Shown here: positions 15,801 through 22,481 of the stretch, in pieces | Position numbering within the stretch: position 1 is the first letter of the stretch | How the letters are laid out: every line of letters begins with the position of its first letter | Virus record (IMG/VR): IMGVR_UViG_3300034062_003341 | Span: 1-25,446 of that record | Length of the DNA: 25,446 bases | Origin: a virus | Taxonomy: Duplodnaviria > Caudoviricetes | Reading direction: 5' to 3' (one strand) | Made by a program: the position numbers and the translations under genes | The notes under the pieces: model-generated | Database searches by the model: none | What the model saw: the letters and a program-made list of their open reading frames with translations, nothing else | Told to the model about the DNA's origin: nothing

Positions 15801-18726
15801 AGAATTTCTTGTCCGTGGCGCGATTGCCCAGGAAGTCAGCGACCATCTCGCTGCGCAGTTCAGGATCTTGCAGCAGCTCTTGCATGCGCGTTTCACGGGC
15901 ATCGCCTTCAAGGGCAGACAGTTCATCAACGGCGATAAAGTTTTCAAGGTACGCGCGCTTGCCTTCTTCGGTGATGTCGTCAAAGACGCTGTCGATCTGT
16001 TCGACAAACTCCTGAGCGGGCGTGTCCGTCATCCCGGCTGCGGTCTCGGCCTTGGCAATCTGCTCCACCGTGTGCTTGAACTCATGCAAAGCGGTGCGCT
16101 GCACGCCGGCTTGGTTGCCACTCACGTTCACGTAAGCGACTTTGCCAATTGCTACGCCGTTGATGGCGCCTGGGCGCGGGTCAGAGAAAGCAACAACCCG
16201 ACCTCCCCACTGGCTGCCGATCAGATCTGTAATCTCAGCTACGCTGGCTTCGAGCTCGGGAGAAGCGGCGTTAAAGGCGACTGGGCTATTGGTGCCTTGG
16301 GAAGCTGCCCAGGTGTCCATAGCCCGCTGAGCAGTTGCTCGCGCTGCGTCTCCGGCAGACTGTCCAGCCACCGGTTGAGCGGCCACGTTAGACACCGGCG
16401 CTGGGATACTAATGAAGTTTTCATCTGTAACTGTCTCCTGTACTTGCGGGGCCGGCGGTATCCGTCGAGCGCGCAGTTCTACTTCTGCACCACGTCGAGT
16501 GACAGCCGGCACAGTGTTGTTTGAAATAAGAGTTTCGAGATCCGTTTCCGAATACAACTCGGTGGCCTTGCCGAGAAGCTTGGTTGGGCGAGGAACCTCG
16601 ACGCGAGGCGCCGCTGTTTGTGCGGCTGGGGTGCGCGCCTGTACCGGGCCGACGGTGCGGCCATAGACTTCGGCGGCTCTTTGCAGGGCGGCGGTCTGCA
16701 CAGGGCCAGGTTGGGCACCGCGTGCCATGGCCAGGTTGGCATTAAAATCTTCACGGTCTTGCACTTCCATGCCACGGGTGTCGGCCGACATCAGGGCGTC
16801 GAGGCTCGGAGCGGCTGTGCGGGTGCGCTCTTGCGGCAAATCCTGCGCGCGTGCGATAGCCTCCTGGGGCGTGACGCTTGGCAGCGGCTGCTGCACCGGG
16901 CCGACTGTGCGGCCGTAGGTCTCAGCTGCGCGCTGCAGCGCCTGTTCGCGCTGTACGGGCAGGTTTGCTGTACGGGCGGCGGTAAGGTCGTCCAGGAACT
17001 CCTGCCGCTCTGGCGCGGGCATCGTGGAGATGTCGGCCTGCGTCAAGGTCTCGAGTGTAAGGGTCGGCGCCATGGCTTGAGCCAGAAGGCCCTGGCCCTG
17101 CGGCGCTGCAGTGCTGACTCCAGGAACGGCGGTGCTGACTCCAGGAACGGTGGTCACAGGGGCGACAGCACTGGCCACGGGGGTGGTGGTGCCAATGCCG
17201 GCTTCGCGCTCCAGCGCTTCGATGTCTGTGTCGACCATGTCAGAAGCGGCTTGGACCGCATCAGCGGCAGAGGTGGCTTCGTTAAGGCGCTGCTCTGCTG
17301 CGACTTTGATCTTGAGATTGTATGCCGTGCCGAGCGCTTCAGGGTTACGGACGTTGTTTACCAGGAACTCCAGCTCAGCCTTTTCGTTGTCGCTCAGAAA
17401 CTCTGCCGGACGGCCTGGAGAAATAACGGTTTGCCCAGTCGTAGGGTCCACGATTTCAGTGGCAGCTGTGCCTTTGCCTTTTGCGGTAAGCTCTTCCAAA
17501 CGTGTGCGCGCGAAGGCAGTGGCCTGTTCTGGCGACACTTCCGCTGGCGCTGGCGGGGGGTTACCAAACTTCAGAACTTCGTCTTCAGCAGGGCGCTGTT
17601 GGTCTCGCGCGGATCGCAAGCCTGCGCTAACAAATTTCTTACCCAGCGCGGGCACTTCAACGATTGCACCGCCTGCTTCACCAAGCATTTCAAGCGCAAC
17701 GGCTTCCAGGTCAGCTTCTCCGTAAGCAGCAATCTGGCCGGCGGTCTCGCCTACGCCAGCGCCGGCCACGTCGACCCCGTAACCCTTGGCGCCGGCAACC
17801 AGCTTTTCAGAAAACGGCAAAGCGTCGAGGTTGCGTTGGACCAGGGCGTTGACGTCTGCGCCTGTCTCAAGTGCTTCTTTGGCCGCGGCTGCCACTGTTG
17901 CGCGCATAGGCGCTGATGAGATCCGGCCTCCGAGGATGCTGGTTGCGGCGTCGACCGCTGCCACGGTGGTGCCTTTTATCCTCGCCTGGCTGGTAGCGGT
18001 ATCGCGGAAGGTCTTGTCTTGCAAAAGAGCGTTGATGTTTTCTTCGGTAGGTTGGAGTCCTCGAGCAGCCAGTTCGCTGCTTACGATCCCCATGAATTCG
18101 GCTCCAATCTCCATGGGAGCAGAAGCCGCAAAAGCGCCCATTACGCCGCCCACGGCGGTGCCAATACCTGGCGTTACAACGGTGCCAGCAGCCGCGCCGC
18201 CCATCCCGCCCAAAAGAGTCGGGACCATGTTGGCAGCTTGCTCGGCCGTAAAGTAGGCCATCCCGCGCGGGTTCGTGACGAGCTGTTTGCCCATTTCGAC
18301 GGCGGTTCCGCCAATTGCGCGAAGGCCCTGCGACGAGTACCAGTTCTCCGCTTGCGCCATCATCTCGGCTTCGTCTTTGAAAGCCCCAGCTACTTCTTTC
18401 AACTCTTCAGGTTGATACCGTTCAGTTGTCAGGTTTTTAGCAATGAGCCCGGCAGTGCCCTCTACGTCGCCAGCGATTACCTGCGGGCCAACTTGATAAG
18501 AGCTGACAGCCTGTTCAGCGCCTTGCTTGAACAGCGTGCCGACGTTTTTAAAGAAACCTGGCTCTTCTTCCGGCTGTGCCGGCGTTGGCGCCATGTTGAG
18601 AGCGGCGTCAAAATCTGCGCGATCAATCTTCCCCGCGTAGTATTTGGAATACAAAGAATCAGACAACTCTTGGTCGGAGAGGTTGCTGTACTGGGGATAC
18701 TTCGCGCGGAAATCGTTAAGACGCAT
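6844..18726 (-). CDS. Giant (3960 aa) polyvalent protein, probably virion-ejected: zincin-like, HhH-like, GNAT-like, ASCH, ART-like and LPD38-like domains
   Basis: Uninterrupted 11.9-kb ORF with an AGGAG SD. Motifs: HEFKH (aa 881-885); GPKIG..TMDRW; GAGRAIMELAV..KLDAFD..FYAPHGF; GEKTMESR; VYHGT..GPAIYTT..GFDGVI; VEELQSDW; NLTVNFNKKG..FFNAAVQG..IPMPLGF..ENRDWTGNPI. Last gene of the internal-virion cluster. Confidence 0.9.
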   Translation of the reverse strand: MRLNDFRAKYPQYSNLSDQELSDSLYSKYYAGKIDRADFDAALNMAPTPAQPEEEPGFFKNVGTLFKQGAEQAVSSYQVGPQVIAGDVEGTAGLIAKNLTTERYQPEELKEVAGAFKDEAEMMAQAENWYSSQGLRAIGGTAVEMGKQLVTNPRGMAYFTAEQAANMVPTLLGGMGGAAAGTVVTPGIGTAVGGVMGAFAASAPMEIGAEFMGIVSSELAARGLQPTEENINALLQDKTFRDTATSQARIKGTTVAAVDAATSILGGRISSAPMRATVAAAAKEALETGADVNALVQRNLDALPFSEKLVAGAKGYGVDVAGAGVGETAGQIAAYGEADLEAVALEMLGEAGGAIVEVPALGKKFVSAGLRSARDQQRPAEDEVLKFGNPPPAPAEVSPEQATAFARTRLEELTAKGKGTAATEIVDPTTGQTVISPGRPAEFLSDNEKAELEFLVNNVRNPEALGTAYNLKIKVAAEQRLNEATSAADAVQAASDMVDTDIEALEREAGIGTTTPVASAVAPVTTVPGVSTAVPGVSTAAPQGQGLLAQAMAPTLTLETLTQADISTMPAPERQEFLDDLTAARTANLPVQREQALQRAAETYGRTVGPVQQPLPSVTPQEAIARAQDLPQERTRTAAPSLDALMSADTRGMEVQDREDFNANLAMARGAQPGPVQTAALQRAAEVYGRTVGPVQARTPAAQTAAPRVEVPRPTKLLGKATELYSETDLETLISNNTVPAVTRRGAEVELRARRIPPAPQVQETVTDENFISIPAPVSNVAAQPVAGQSAGDAARATAQRAMDTWAASQGTNSPVAFNAASPELEASVAEITDLIGSQWGGRVVAFSDPRPGAINGVAIGKVAYVNVSGNQAGVQRTALHEFKHTVEQIAKAETAAGMTDTPAQEFVEQIDSVFDDITEEGKRAYLENFIAVDELSALEGDARETRMQELLQDPELRSEMVADFLGNRATDKKFWKDLAKADPTGFESFVKRWLAAIDNLLVTLRGAKNRSKTESAKVDTYIRDLNKAKMVAQSALINYRKASGQAPAAPAAPAAPAQGAAPAFSRTQPLVDTSSLDAASKLARSQDWQRGRDFKVALQRQVLDAGMAEGIDTTQDTPKTRRYLLEVGLRDAIAALKQNANAIGWYDTKTRQALAVMSLVHPEIARDENARFAFTWALAVTSNGLKVGKNFQLAERAYSEYKRTGVMPNNVGVGTAGSKINDALDLFNTLRNEWGIDSLRNFMQTNFTVSEISGISKALKPSGEHSEVIVKGAAILGPKIGNGFFSNLYGNFDSLTMDRWLIRTWGRWTGTLIKAMPEQTAKARARLQNTVRLVLADPAEAKRLSALLGEEITDDVNALAGAVQIASMDPKIRSALNKTEVGQELRKAGNSLAKYLDGQKEAPQNPDERKYIRAVFGDILDDLRQTDAYKDLTMADLQAVLWYAEKRLYETAKEDPQGLETDEDVEGYADDSAPDYANAAASVAREKGITDRRINAALKRVEDERSGRARPAAASSDTQGQAVGAGEQAAPGGFTRQGRRKFIGERAVLRSRANRAGDAQQSGAYAGDGGANGGRVRLLKTLGVTYTQTWKAGRDLGTVFRANDLATPEFFELASTLENATKFRQAVSENKETLKFGAEVNVYPAEDYQAMRMFLTKDGKSGVAIKLDGDIVSVFSTGGAGRAIMELAVSAGGRKLDAFDTILPEFYAPHGFRAVARTKWSDEFAPTEWDKDTFRPFNNGEPDVVFMVYDPSKTDAEYSSKDGRVLNDYDRAVALQNREMERLTPKFSRKQGDVLARDPRLEQAAQGMKEGTVTSAEYSELVDAIKPVTPYTEVPEPAKPADIQRALTSDKLDRIGVPSKTLKAGDPVGLRLDIPAYANHGVWVVSVHDQIPGFAAGKSIGYESVASVTNPTFGVVESAALNIASGKPKATIAVMKGDWKPSTPKQAAAAAKLAMGSKNWVQVGMDPTRHAYFYDRATREPVVSADEAIQVGPLVLAKNPVYGNKEDFRFSRSQRGINVRNDGDNLYADLIVDGEKTMESRNTNSLRAYVGQTVGIIRTGEGPARLIGSVKIGEPIKVDEQEFRELEPEHLVPEGSAFDIKPGSTKFLYPLTEARRFDEERAVDSRGIVARDVAFSRKQGDDDGVTNISEAREMRDLRKLSKDFRSRMSESAKTRAENTRKVDADGGFLGLEVGDTYLTQGAGGRRWRNRVIAKSLSRVGPSMRKPAGRLNPISSEFEYTFDDTVYTPVVYVETIGPDGDVSQSTNLLYLLDQTGYTKMGGPQFSRSQTDTPAFKRWFGDSKVVDTDGEPLVVYHGTASDFDVFKRTRIGEFGPAIYTTDNAGEAFQYAVGAGSRDIEQAPLNTMPVYVSLQNPYTEGVEAYWKRFGKDNDGNPVSDAAAQENAIAAGFDGVIAQRIDSGNKALTHYIAFRPEQVKSATGNTGAFDPAIPDVRFSQAQKSPLKLYSALARAAEAGPTKGQAQQWKGFLRNQKGINPEEIEWSGVEDWLDTQTGAITREQVTTFLAENGVQVGEVVLGNSGEVYPDDFWRSPFNGNEMSYDDWVQELEESGEDPEEAFATSLVPIGGTPRGVDGDAKYGKYTVPGGENYREILLTLPTDFVPGNAGEITFSDEDSVDDFLTTLSAEGFESLDYGGIEDEAGNRKVVVFEGLTQAERARFDSLAREYGGTVKHTDGSTPAPLYRHTHWEQGNVLAHIRLKDRLDDEGNEVLFVEELQSDWGQEGREKGFLKGDLLDQPMVAKIEAYDEYGNLFWRVTTESGILVKNVYSVKPVEGYEEEAIAVAKDYVRMEGSFVGVAAIGRPVPAAPFVQTTGGWLNLALKRVIAIAVEQGYDKVAFVSGEQSAKHYDLAQQVSSIELESPLSSLQGEDFSTGYLTVFDLEGNEIVDVSGKVTSAEQIAERVGKEVAQKLLDAEPRTKGGRFRAKEISGEGLSVGGEGMKAFYDFIVPKTLNKLLPKIGGTKVETVEINVPGDPRGWATGYQVMAELGIPADEQDAYWRGLETDERNELIEEYRSKVSFKKIKARGFSITPEMKDQVMDTGLPMFSRAQNIFGKPLPATAWQVKQGRLDDTIYKLQDKLVDTKRVVESINEAVGQIADKWDPYLQETLYHGKVSTKTKDFAEIELKSLIEAMGRYSVSIEDFDQYLHNRHAPERNAAIAKINPALPDAGSGITTADAQAYMAALPAARRAALEGLARKIDAITAGTRRVLLDAGLENQDTIDAWEGAYGKYVPLMREEIDFDFSGQGAGTGQGVSVRGSASKRATGSATRKVVDILANVVMQRERAIVRAEKNRVSQALYGLSLKNPSPSFWLPINPDGIKNPQALAAELVGMGINPIEANNIAQEPRQTYPDPRTGLVTSRVNPFLRSSANVIATRVNGKDRYLILNPQNPQAERMALSLKNLDADQLGRAMSIAAKGTRWFSSVNTQYNPIFGVINFTRDVQGGLLNLSTTPIANKKTQVLANTLPALNGIYRDLRTGAGTGQWAQLWEEFQGAGGQTGFRDQFSQSTERKEALEKELKALTNGTAKKAGRAVLDWLSDYNTAMENAVRLSAYKVGLDNGMSKDRAAAMAKNLTVNFNKKGQRATQAGALFAFFNAAVQGTARLAETLTGPAGKKIMYGGLLLGSAQALMMAAAGFGEDEPPKFIRERNIVIPIGGGDYIAIPMPLGFNVIPNTSRIATEWALSGFENTPERAIEITTAFFDMFNPIGNAGWSGQTIAPTLADPFVALWENRDWTGNPIAREDLNSLDPTPGYLRGRDTASWFSNQLSYYLNLASGGTDFAPGGVSPTPDQLDYLIGQVTGGVGRESMKVEQTISALATGQDLPPYQIPLAGRLYGKTTGSAAEASAFYDNIRKMNVHNNELQGRRLRREPTGEYLRENPDARLATQASRVYRQVQDLRKRKREMVERGASRESVKIIEQQITNRMKQFNDRVSRIES
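9520..15534 (-). repeat. Seven dispersed copies of TTYAGCCRNNNGCAR encoding F-S-(R/Q)-x-Q at module boundaries
   Basis: Copies at 15520-15534 (FSRTQ), 13351-13365 (FSRKQ), 12682-12696 (FSRSQ), 12307-12321 (FSRKQ), 11860-11874 (FSRSQ), 11350-11364 (FSQAQ) and 9520-9534 (FSRAQ). Confidence 0.9.
13986..14216 (-). CDS. Candidate nested (+1 frame) 76-aa gene inside the giant ORF
   Basis: AAGAGGG SD-like site 6 nt before ATG 14216. The product MSDQEEHDLQLQAAIRKGK...IERAMRNNPGLTRETAEQMAEEFGF looks helical, while the main frame here is an R/G/A-rich low-complexity linker. Confidence 0.6.
   Translation of the reverse strand: MSDQEEHDLQLQAAIRKGKLLEPGSRQRLEALLAREEGSSLANARSSDLGPIERAMRNNPGLTRETAEQMAEEFGF
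15554..15589. repeat. 9-bp tandem repeat x4 (GCAGGAGCA) encoding an Ala-Pro-Ala linker
   Basis: Three perfect units plus one with a single mismatch; encodes APAAPAAPAAPA just before the first FSR motif. Confidence 0.9.
16635..17070 (-). repeat. Internal duplicated ~60-aa unit (84-aa period) in the giant protein
   Basis: ALQRAAETYGRTVGPVQ and ALQRAAEVYGRTVGPVQ lie 252 bp apart; the upstream halves also align loosely. Confidence 0.85.
17111..17152. repeat. 21-bp tandem duplication encoding VPGVSTA x2
   Basis: gtgctgactccaggaacggcg followed by gtgctgactccaggaacggtg. Confidence 0.85.
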
Positions 18727-18744
18727 TCTGTGCTCCTGCTGTTT

Positions 18745-19425
18745 TTAGAAAAGACCCAACGGATCAGCGGCACCCGAAGACCGTCCAAGCAGTCTTTCTG
18801 CGTCGCGTCTCAAAGGAGCTATCTTTGCATCGAAATCTTTTATGACCGGGTCGTCGATTTCGTAGCCCCGCTCAATAGCCTCTGAACGGTCTTTTTGGTA
18901 CGTATTGATCTGGGACTGGATGAATTCCAGTTCTGCCTCCACGCGGGGGTCGAGACGCGTCTGCGTACCCTCCAGGTCCTGCAGCTGGCGGCTGATCTCT
19001 GCTCGCTCAGGGGAACCCTCAGGCGTTGCCGACAGCATCCGACGCAGAGTGCGTACATGTTGCTCGTCGCCAAGCAGCCCTCGCGTACGCTGTTGCTCCA
19101 GTTTCTGCCCCGCCGTTTCGGTGGCAGCGAGCTGTTGTTGGATAAGCCCTGGGTACGCACTGCCTTCTCCGAATCTACGGGACAGGATCGCCTCGTCGGA
19201 GGCTGCGATCGCTTCGGCTTGACGAGGTATGTTTGCCAGATTGCGCTCTTCAGCCGCAATGTTACGGGCTTCTGTGCGACTTTCAGCGGCCTCGGCCAAG
19301 CGGGCGCGCATCTCTTCTTCGGCCTCCATCAACGCTTTGCGGGAGTTGACTTCAATCTGGCCAGCGGCCACTTCGCCAACGCCTTTCGACACGCCTCCAA
19401 GAACTGACGCAATCAAGCCCCTCAT
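18745..19425 (-). CDS. Putative internal virion/ejection protein (226 aa, coiled-coil)
   Basis: Gly-rich amphipathic N-terminus, helical E/R/Q-rich body, ends ADPLGLF; directly upstream of the giant gene; ATGA coupling. Function inferred from position. Confidence 0.65.
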   Translation of the reverse strand: MRGLIASVLGGVSKGVGEVAAGQIEVNSRKALMEAEEEMRARLAEAAESRTEARNIAAEERNLANIPRQAEAIAASDEAILSRRFGEGSAYPGLIQQQLAATETAGQKLEQQRTRGLLGDEQHVRTLRRMLSATPEGSPERAEISRQLQDLEGTQTRLDPRVEAELEFIQSQINTYQKDRSEAIERGYEIDDPVIKDFDAKIAPLRRDAERLLGRSSGAADPLGLF

Positions 19426-19838
19426 GCCGCCACCCCCTGCCCAAGGGCAGCGTCAAATTCAGAACGGTCTTCTCCGAAGCCTTCGAACAGCGAGTCGATC
19501 AAGACCTCCATCGCCCGTCCTATTTCCTCATCAGACACCTGGCCTTTTCCAGACTGGTTTACAAAGTCTGCGGCCTTGAGCAACAGGATCATTGCCGCTG
19601 GGACGATCACGTCCTGCGGCATTGTGCCGTTGGACTCGTTGAAAAGAAACACAACTACCTTAGCAATGCCCTGGCCCAGCTTGGTCGCTGTGTCCCCTGG
19701 GGCGCTCAACTGTTGCAGCATAGCGTCGTGGGTTTGTTTCGAGAACAGCACTTTCATGCCGGCAGCCACTACGCGTGCGTAGGCGTCCTGCATTTCAGGC
19801 GGCAACTGGATATTGTTTTGAACGTCATCTATGTTCAT
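19422..19838 (-). CDS. Hypothetical protein of the virion/ejection cluster (138 aa)
   Basis: Coupled by ATGA overlaps on both sides; helical composition. Confidence 0.75.
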   Translation of the reverse strand: MNIDDVQNNIQLPPEMQDAYARVVAAGMKVLFSKQTHDAMLQQLSAPGDTATKLGQGIAKVVVFLFNESNGTMPQDVIVPAAMILLLKAADFVNQSGKGQVSDEEIGRAMEVLIDSLFEGFGEDRSEFDAALGQGVAA

Positions 19839-20575
19839 GCAGGCACCCCCGGCATGTTCTGGCTTAAAAGGCCTGTCGGTTTAAGAGAGGTGTTGACCGA
19901 GAGGTAACCCTGGTTTAGGTTCTGCCGGCGACGCTTTTCGTCATCAAGCGCTTGCAAAGTCTGTTGCGCGTTGGCGTCGGTGTTGCGGATTTGAGATTTC
20001 AGTAGATCAATATCCGCGTCCGTTTTACCGCTCAGGTAACTAGCCAGCTCAGTGCCACCGGCTGCCAGGATCTGCGCCACCTCGGGGTTGTCTCTCACCA
20101 GTCCTGCGCCAGTCTTCAGCGCGCTCCCCGCTGCCGTCACGCCTTTCTGGAACAAGCTGGGCGGCGGTGCGGGTGGCACCAAGCCGCTGGTCGCTTGAGT
20201 AGCAATTTGGCTTCGAAGCAGGCCCCCGCTAGTCTGCGCTGCTGATTGGTAGCCGCCGGCTGCTGCGTTGAGCGGGCCTCGTCCTTGCATAGCTTGGCGA
20301 GTAAAAGTTTGGCCAGCCGGGGCAGCGTAAGCCGTGGCCGCGGTCTTAGCCGCTTGACTCATGCCCAGCGTTTTGGCTCCGGCACCGAACGCGCCCATGG
20401 TCCCAAGGCTGCCAACGGTTCCCACCACCGCGCCAATCTTCATCAGCTTTTCGTTTTTGGTTACCGCACCGACAGCTGACATCGCCGTACCTGCGATAGC
20501 CAAGCTTTTCATAACCCCGGCTGCGGCGACGGCGCCTTTGACTGCGCCGGCGACTGCTATTACGGCTGGTGGCAT
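19835..20575 (-). CDS. Putative DNA-ejection/pilot protein (246 aa, Ala/Gly-rich hydrophobic N-terminus)
   Basis: True start is probably ATG 20575 (MPPAVIAV) after a GAGGAG SD, not 20662. It follows the GNAT-like gene, matching the gene order of podovirus ejection modules. Confidence 0.65.
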   Translation of the reverse strand: MPPAVIAVAGAVKGAVAAAGVMKSLAIAGTAMSAVGAVTKNEKLMKIGAVVGTVGSLGTMGAFGAGAKTLGMSQAAKTAATAYAAPAGQTFTRQAMQGRGPLNAAAGGYQSAAQTSGGLLRSQIATQATSGLVPPAPPPSLFQKGVTAAGSALKTGAGLVRDNPEVAQILAAGGTELASYLSGKTDADIDLLKSQIRNTDANAQQTLQALDDEKRRRQNLNQGYLSVNTSLKPTGLLSQNMPGVPA

Positions 20576-20576
20576 A

Positions 20577-20933
20577 TCAGTTCTCCTCTCTTCGCTCCCA
20601 CGGCAACGTGCTGAGCAAGTAGTATTCAAAGTCACTATCGTTCCAGGTGGGTTTAAAGCCAAGCCTTCGAACGAACTTTTTTGTCTTACCCATGGCCCTT
20701 GGCACGCGGGTGGTCAACATGCCAAAGCGATCAAACACGGGTTCCAACATTTCTCGAACTGCTTTTCTGACGCTACCCGCTGGCCGCTCTATGAGCGCGA
20801 AATGCACTTCCATGCCTTTGACGATCAGTGTACCAGCATGCTTGCCAGCAAGCATCAACGGCACAGGCTCCCACCCTTCAAGAGTTTCAAGTGGCAACCC
20901 AATCGGAGCAAGCAGTTCCTCGCGCGTCATCAA
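20577..20933 (-). CDS. GNAT-fold virion assembly protein (P22 gp14/T7 gp13-like)
   Basis: EVHFALI...MLTTRVP...KFVRRLGFK pattern; position immediately before the ejection genes. Confidence 0.6.
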   Translation of the reverse strand: MMTREELLAPIGLPLETLEGWEPVPLMLAGKHAGTLIVKGMEVHFALIERPAGSVRKAVREMLEPVFDRFGMLTTRVPRAMGKTKKFVRRLGFKPTWNDSDFEYYLLSTLPWERREEN

Positions 20934-22471
20934 ACACCGTACTTGGTGCGGATGTCGTCCATGCTGTTGACTTGGCCCTCAGAGATCAGCCTGTAAGCTT
21001 CACTTACCGCTTGATCGGGTGTGAGGCCAAAGCGACTTGCGGCCAGTCTAAGCTCCCCCAGATCCTCTTCGGTAAGGCCGCCAGGGTTGGTCTGCGCGGG
21101 CGGGGGCGGTGTGACCGTTGCGGCCGGGGGCGTTGCGGCCGGGGGCGGGGTGACCGTTGTAAACGTGACCAGTTCTTTCAAGCCGGTTACCTGGCTTGCT
21201 TTTTCCAGGAACGTAAGCGTTTCGTTAAGCGATTGTTTTTGTTGGTCTACCGCGGCTTGCTTCGCCTCTGGGCTGAGCTCTGTGTCCGCCATAATCTTGG
21301 CAATGCTCTCGGTGGTCTTTTGGAATATGTTGGTCGCTTGCTCAGTCACTCTGGCGCGTTCGTTGAGTTTTTGAAGGTCTTTGTCAGCGGTGATCAAACG
21401 GTCATTTTCAGTGCGTCGATTGGCAGCGTCCGCTGCGAATCGATTGGCGTCATTCGTGGCTTGTATCGCCAGTTGCGCCGCCCGTTGAGAATCTGCCGTC
21501 GCGTCTCTGGCCGCAGCGTTGGCGTCGGCAACGGCTTGAACGCCAACCGCGTTCTTAGCCTGCGCGAGGAAAGCCGCAGCGTTGTTCTTTGCCAGTGTCG
21601 ATGCCGCAGAAGCCTGGTTGGCCGCTTCTGTTGCAGAGCGCGCGGCGTCATTGAGCGCGGCGGCGTTGTTTGCAGCCGCAGCGTTGTTTGCGTTGGCCAA
21701 GAACTCTGCGGCGCTATTGAGCACGCGCTGGTTGTCAGCCTTGGCGGCGTTGGCGGACTCAGCGGTAAAAGCCGCTGCCGCGTTTATTTCTCTTACGTTG
21801 AACTGTGCCAGGATGTTTGCTTGTTGCGCGTTGACCTCAGCGGCCCTGAACATAGTGCCGGCGTCAGTGGTGGCGATGTCTCGAGCGCTCTCTGTTACTG
21901 CACGCAACGCCTCGCCTTCTGCCATGCTGGAGCTGAGCAGCCCCTTGGCGGCCATCCCCTGTCGAGCCTTGGTCTCTTGCAAAGTCAGCAGGGGCGATCC
22001 TTTCTTGAGCAGCCCTTGAATCCGATCCTCGACCAGTTGATCCGGTGTTACGTTCAACGTGGTCAGAGCCGCCTGCTTGGCGTCGTAAGTCTGGGAGTCG
22101 CGTTTAATCGCGTCAAAGCCCCCAGGCTTGTACTGCGTGGCCGTATACCCTGCTGAGGTGTACGCCTCCGGGGTGTACCCCAGTGCGTCGGCTGTTTTTG
22201 TAGCCGCTGGCGTTGCACTGGAGAAAGGCGCAGAACTGACAGGCGTGTAGCCGCTGGGCGCGGTCAGGCTGGGTGCGGGCTGCGCGTTTTTAGCGCTTAG
22301 CTTTTCAGTCGCTATTCTGCGCAAGTCGGTCATGTTGGCGGCTTGGCCGGAGACAAGAAACTGGTTCGCTTCTGCCAGGCCTGCTTCTGGGGTCATGTTG
22401 AATTGAGATGCCAGGTTGCGGATCTCTTGTTGTTCAGAAGCGGTCATCTGATACGGGTTTGTAACGGCCAT
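20930..22471 (-). CDS. Ala/Asn-rich virion-associated protein (~513 aa) with homologous N- and C-terminal mini-domains
   Basis: ATG 22471 lies 6 nt after TAAGGTG (the track uses GTG 22480). Contains GMAAKGLLSSSMA, a long A/N/Q coiled-coil and Pro-rich linkers. Confidence 0.75.
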   Translation of the reverse strand: MAVTNPYQMTASEQQEIRNLASQFNMTPEAGLAEANQFLVSGQAANMTDLRRIATEKLSAKNAQPAPSLTAPSGYTPVSSAPFSSATPAATKTADALGYTPEAYTSAGYTATQYKPGGFDAIKRDSQTYDAKQAALTTLNVTPDQLVEDRIQGLLKKGSPLLTLQETKARQGMAAKGLLSSSMAEGEALRAVTESARDIATTDAGTMFRAAEVNAQQANILAQFNVREINAAAAFTAESANAAKADNQRVLNSAAEFLANANNAAAANNAAALNDAARSATEAANQASAASTLAKNNAAAFLAQAKNAVGVQAVADANAAARDATADSQRAAQLAIQATNDANRFAADAANRRTENDRLITADKDLQKLNERARVTEQATNIFQKTTESIAKIMADTELSPEAKQAAVDQQKQSLNETLTFLEKASQVTGLKELVTFTTVTPPPAATPPAATVTPPPPAQTNPGGLTEEDLGELRLAASRFGLTPDQAVSEAYRLISEGQVNSMDDIRTKYGV

Positions 22472-22481
22472 ATTATTCACC

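Noticed and set aside
10069-17916. Long + strand ORFs opposite the giant gene (e.g. 11032-12078, 12886-13989, 15241-16524, 16618-17916)
   Set aside because: Antisense shadows of a GC-rich coding strand; no recognisable motifs and unnatural composition.
3995-18726. Intein, intron or diversity-generating retroelement in the polymerase or giant gene
   Set aside because: No intein splice motifs, homing endonuclease, reverse transcriptase or adenine-variable repeat pair was seen; the polymerase has a normal length.
20576-20662. ORF-track N-terminal extension of the 19835 gene (likewise 3095-3172 for the DUF6378-like gene)
   Set aside because: The extensions overlap upstream genes, and better SD-ATG starts exist at 20575 and 3173.
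20828-22156. 442-aa + strand ORF
   Set aside because: Antisense to the Ala-rich gene; its Arg/Cys/Gly-rich composition is what reverse-complemented Ala codons produce.
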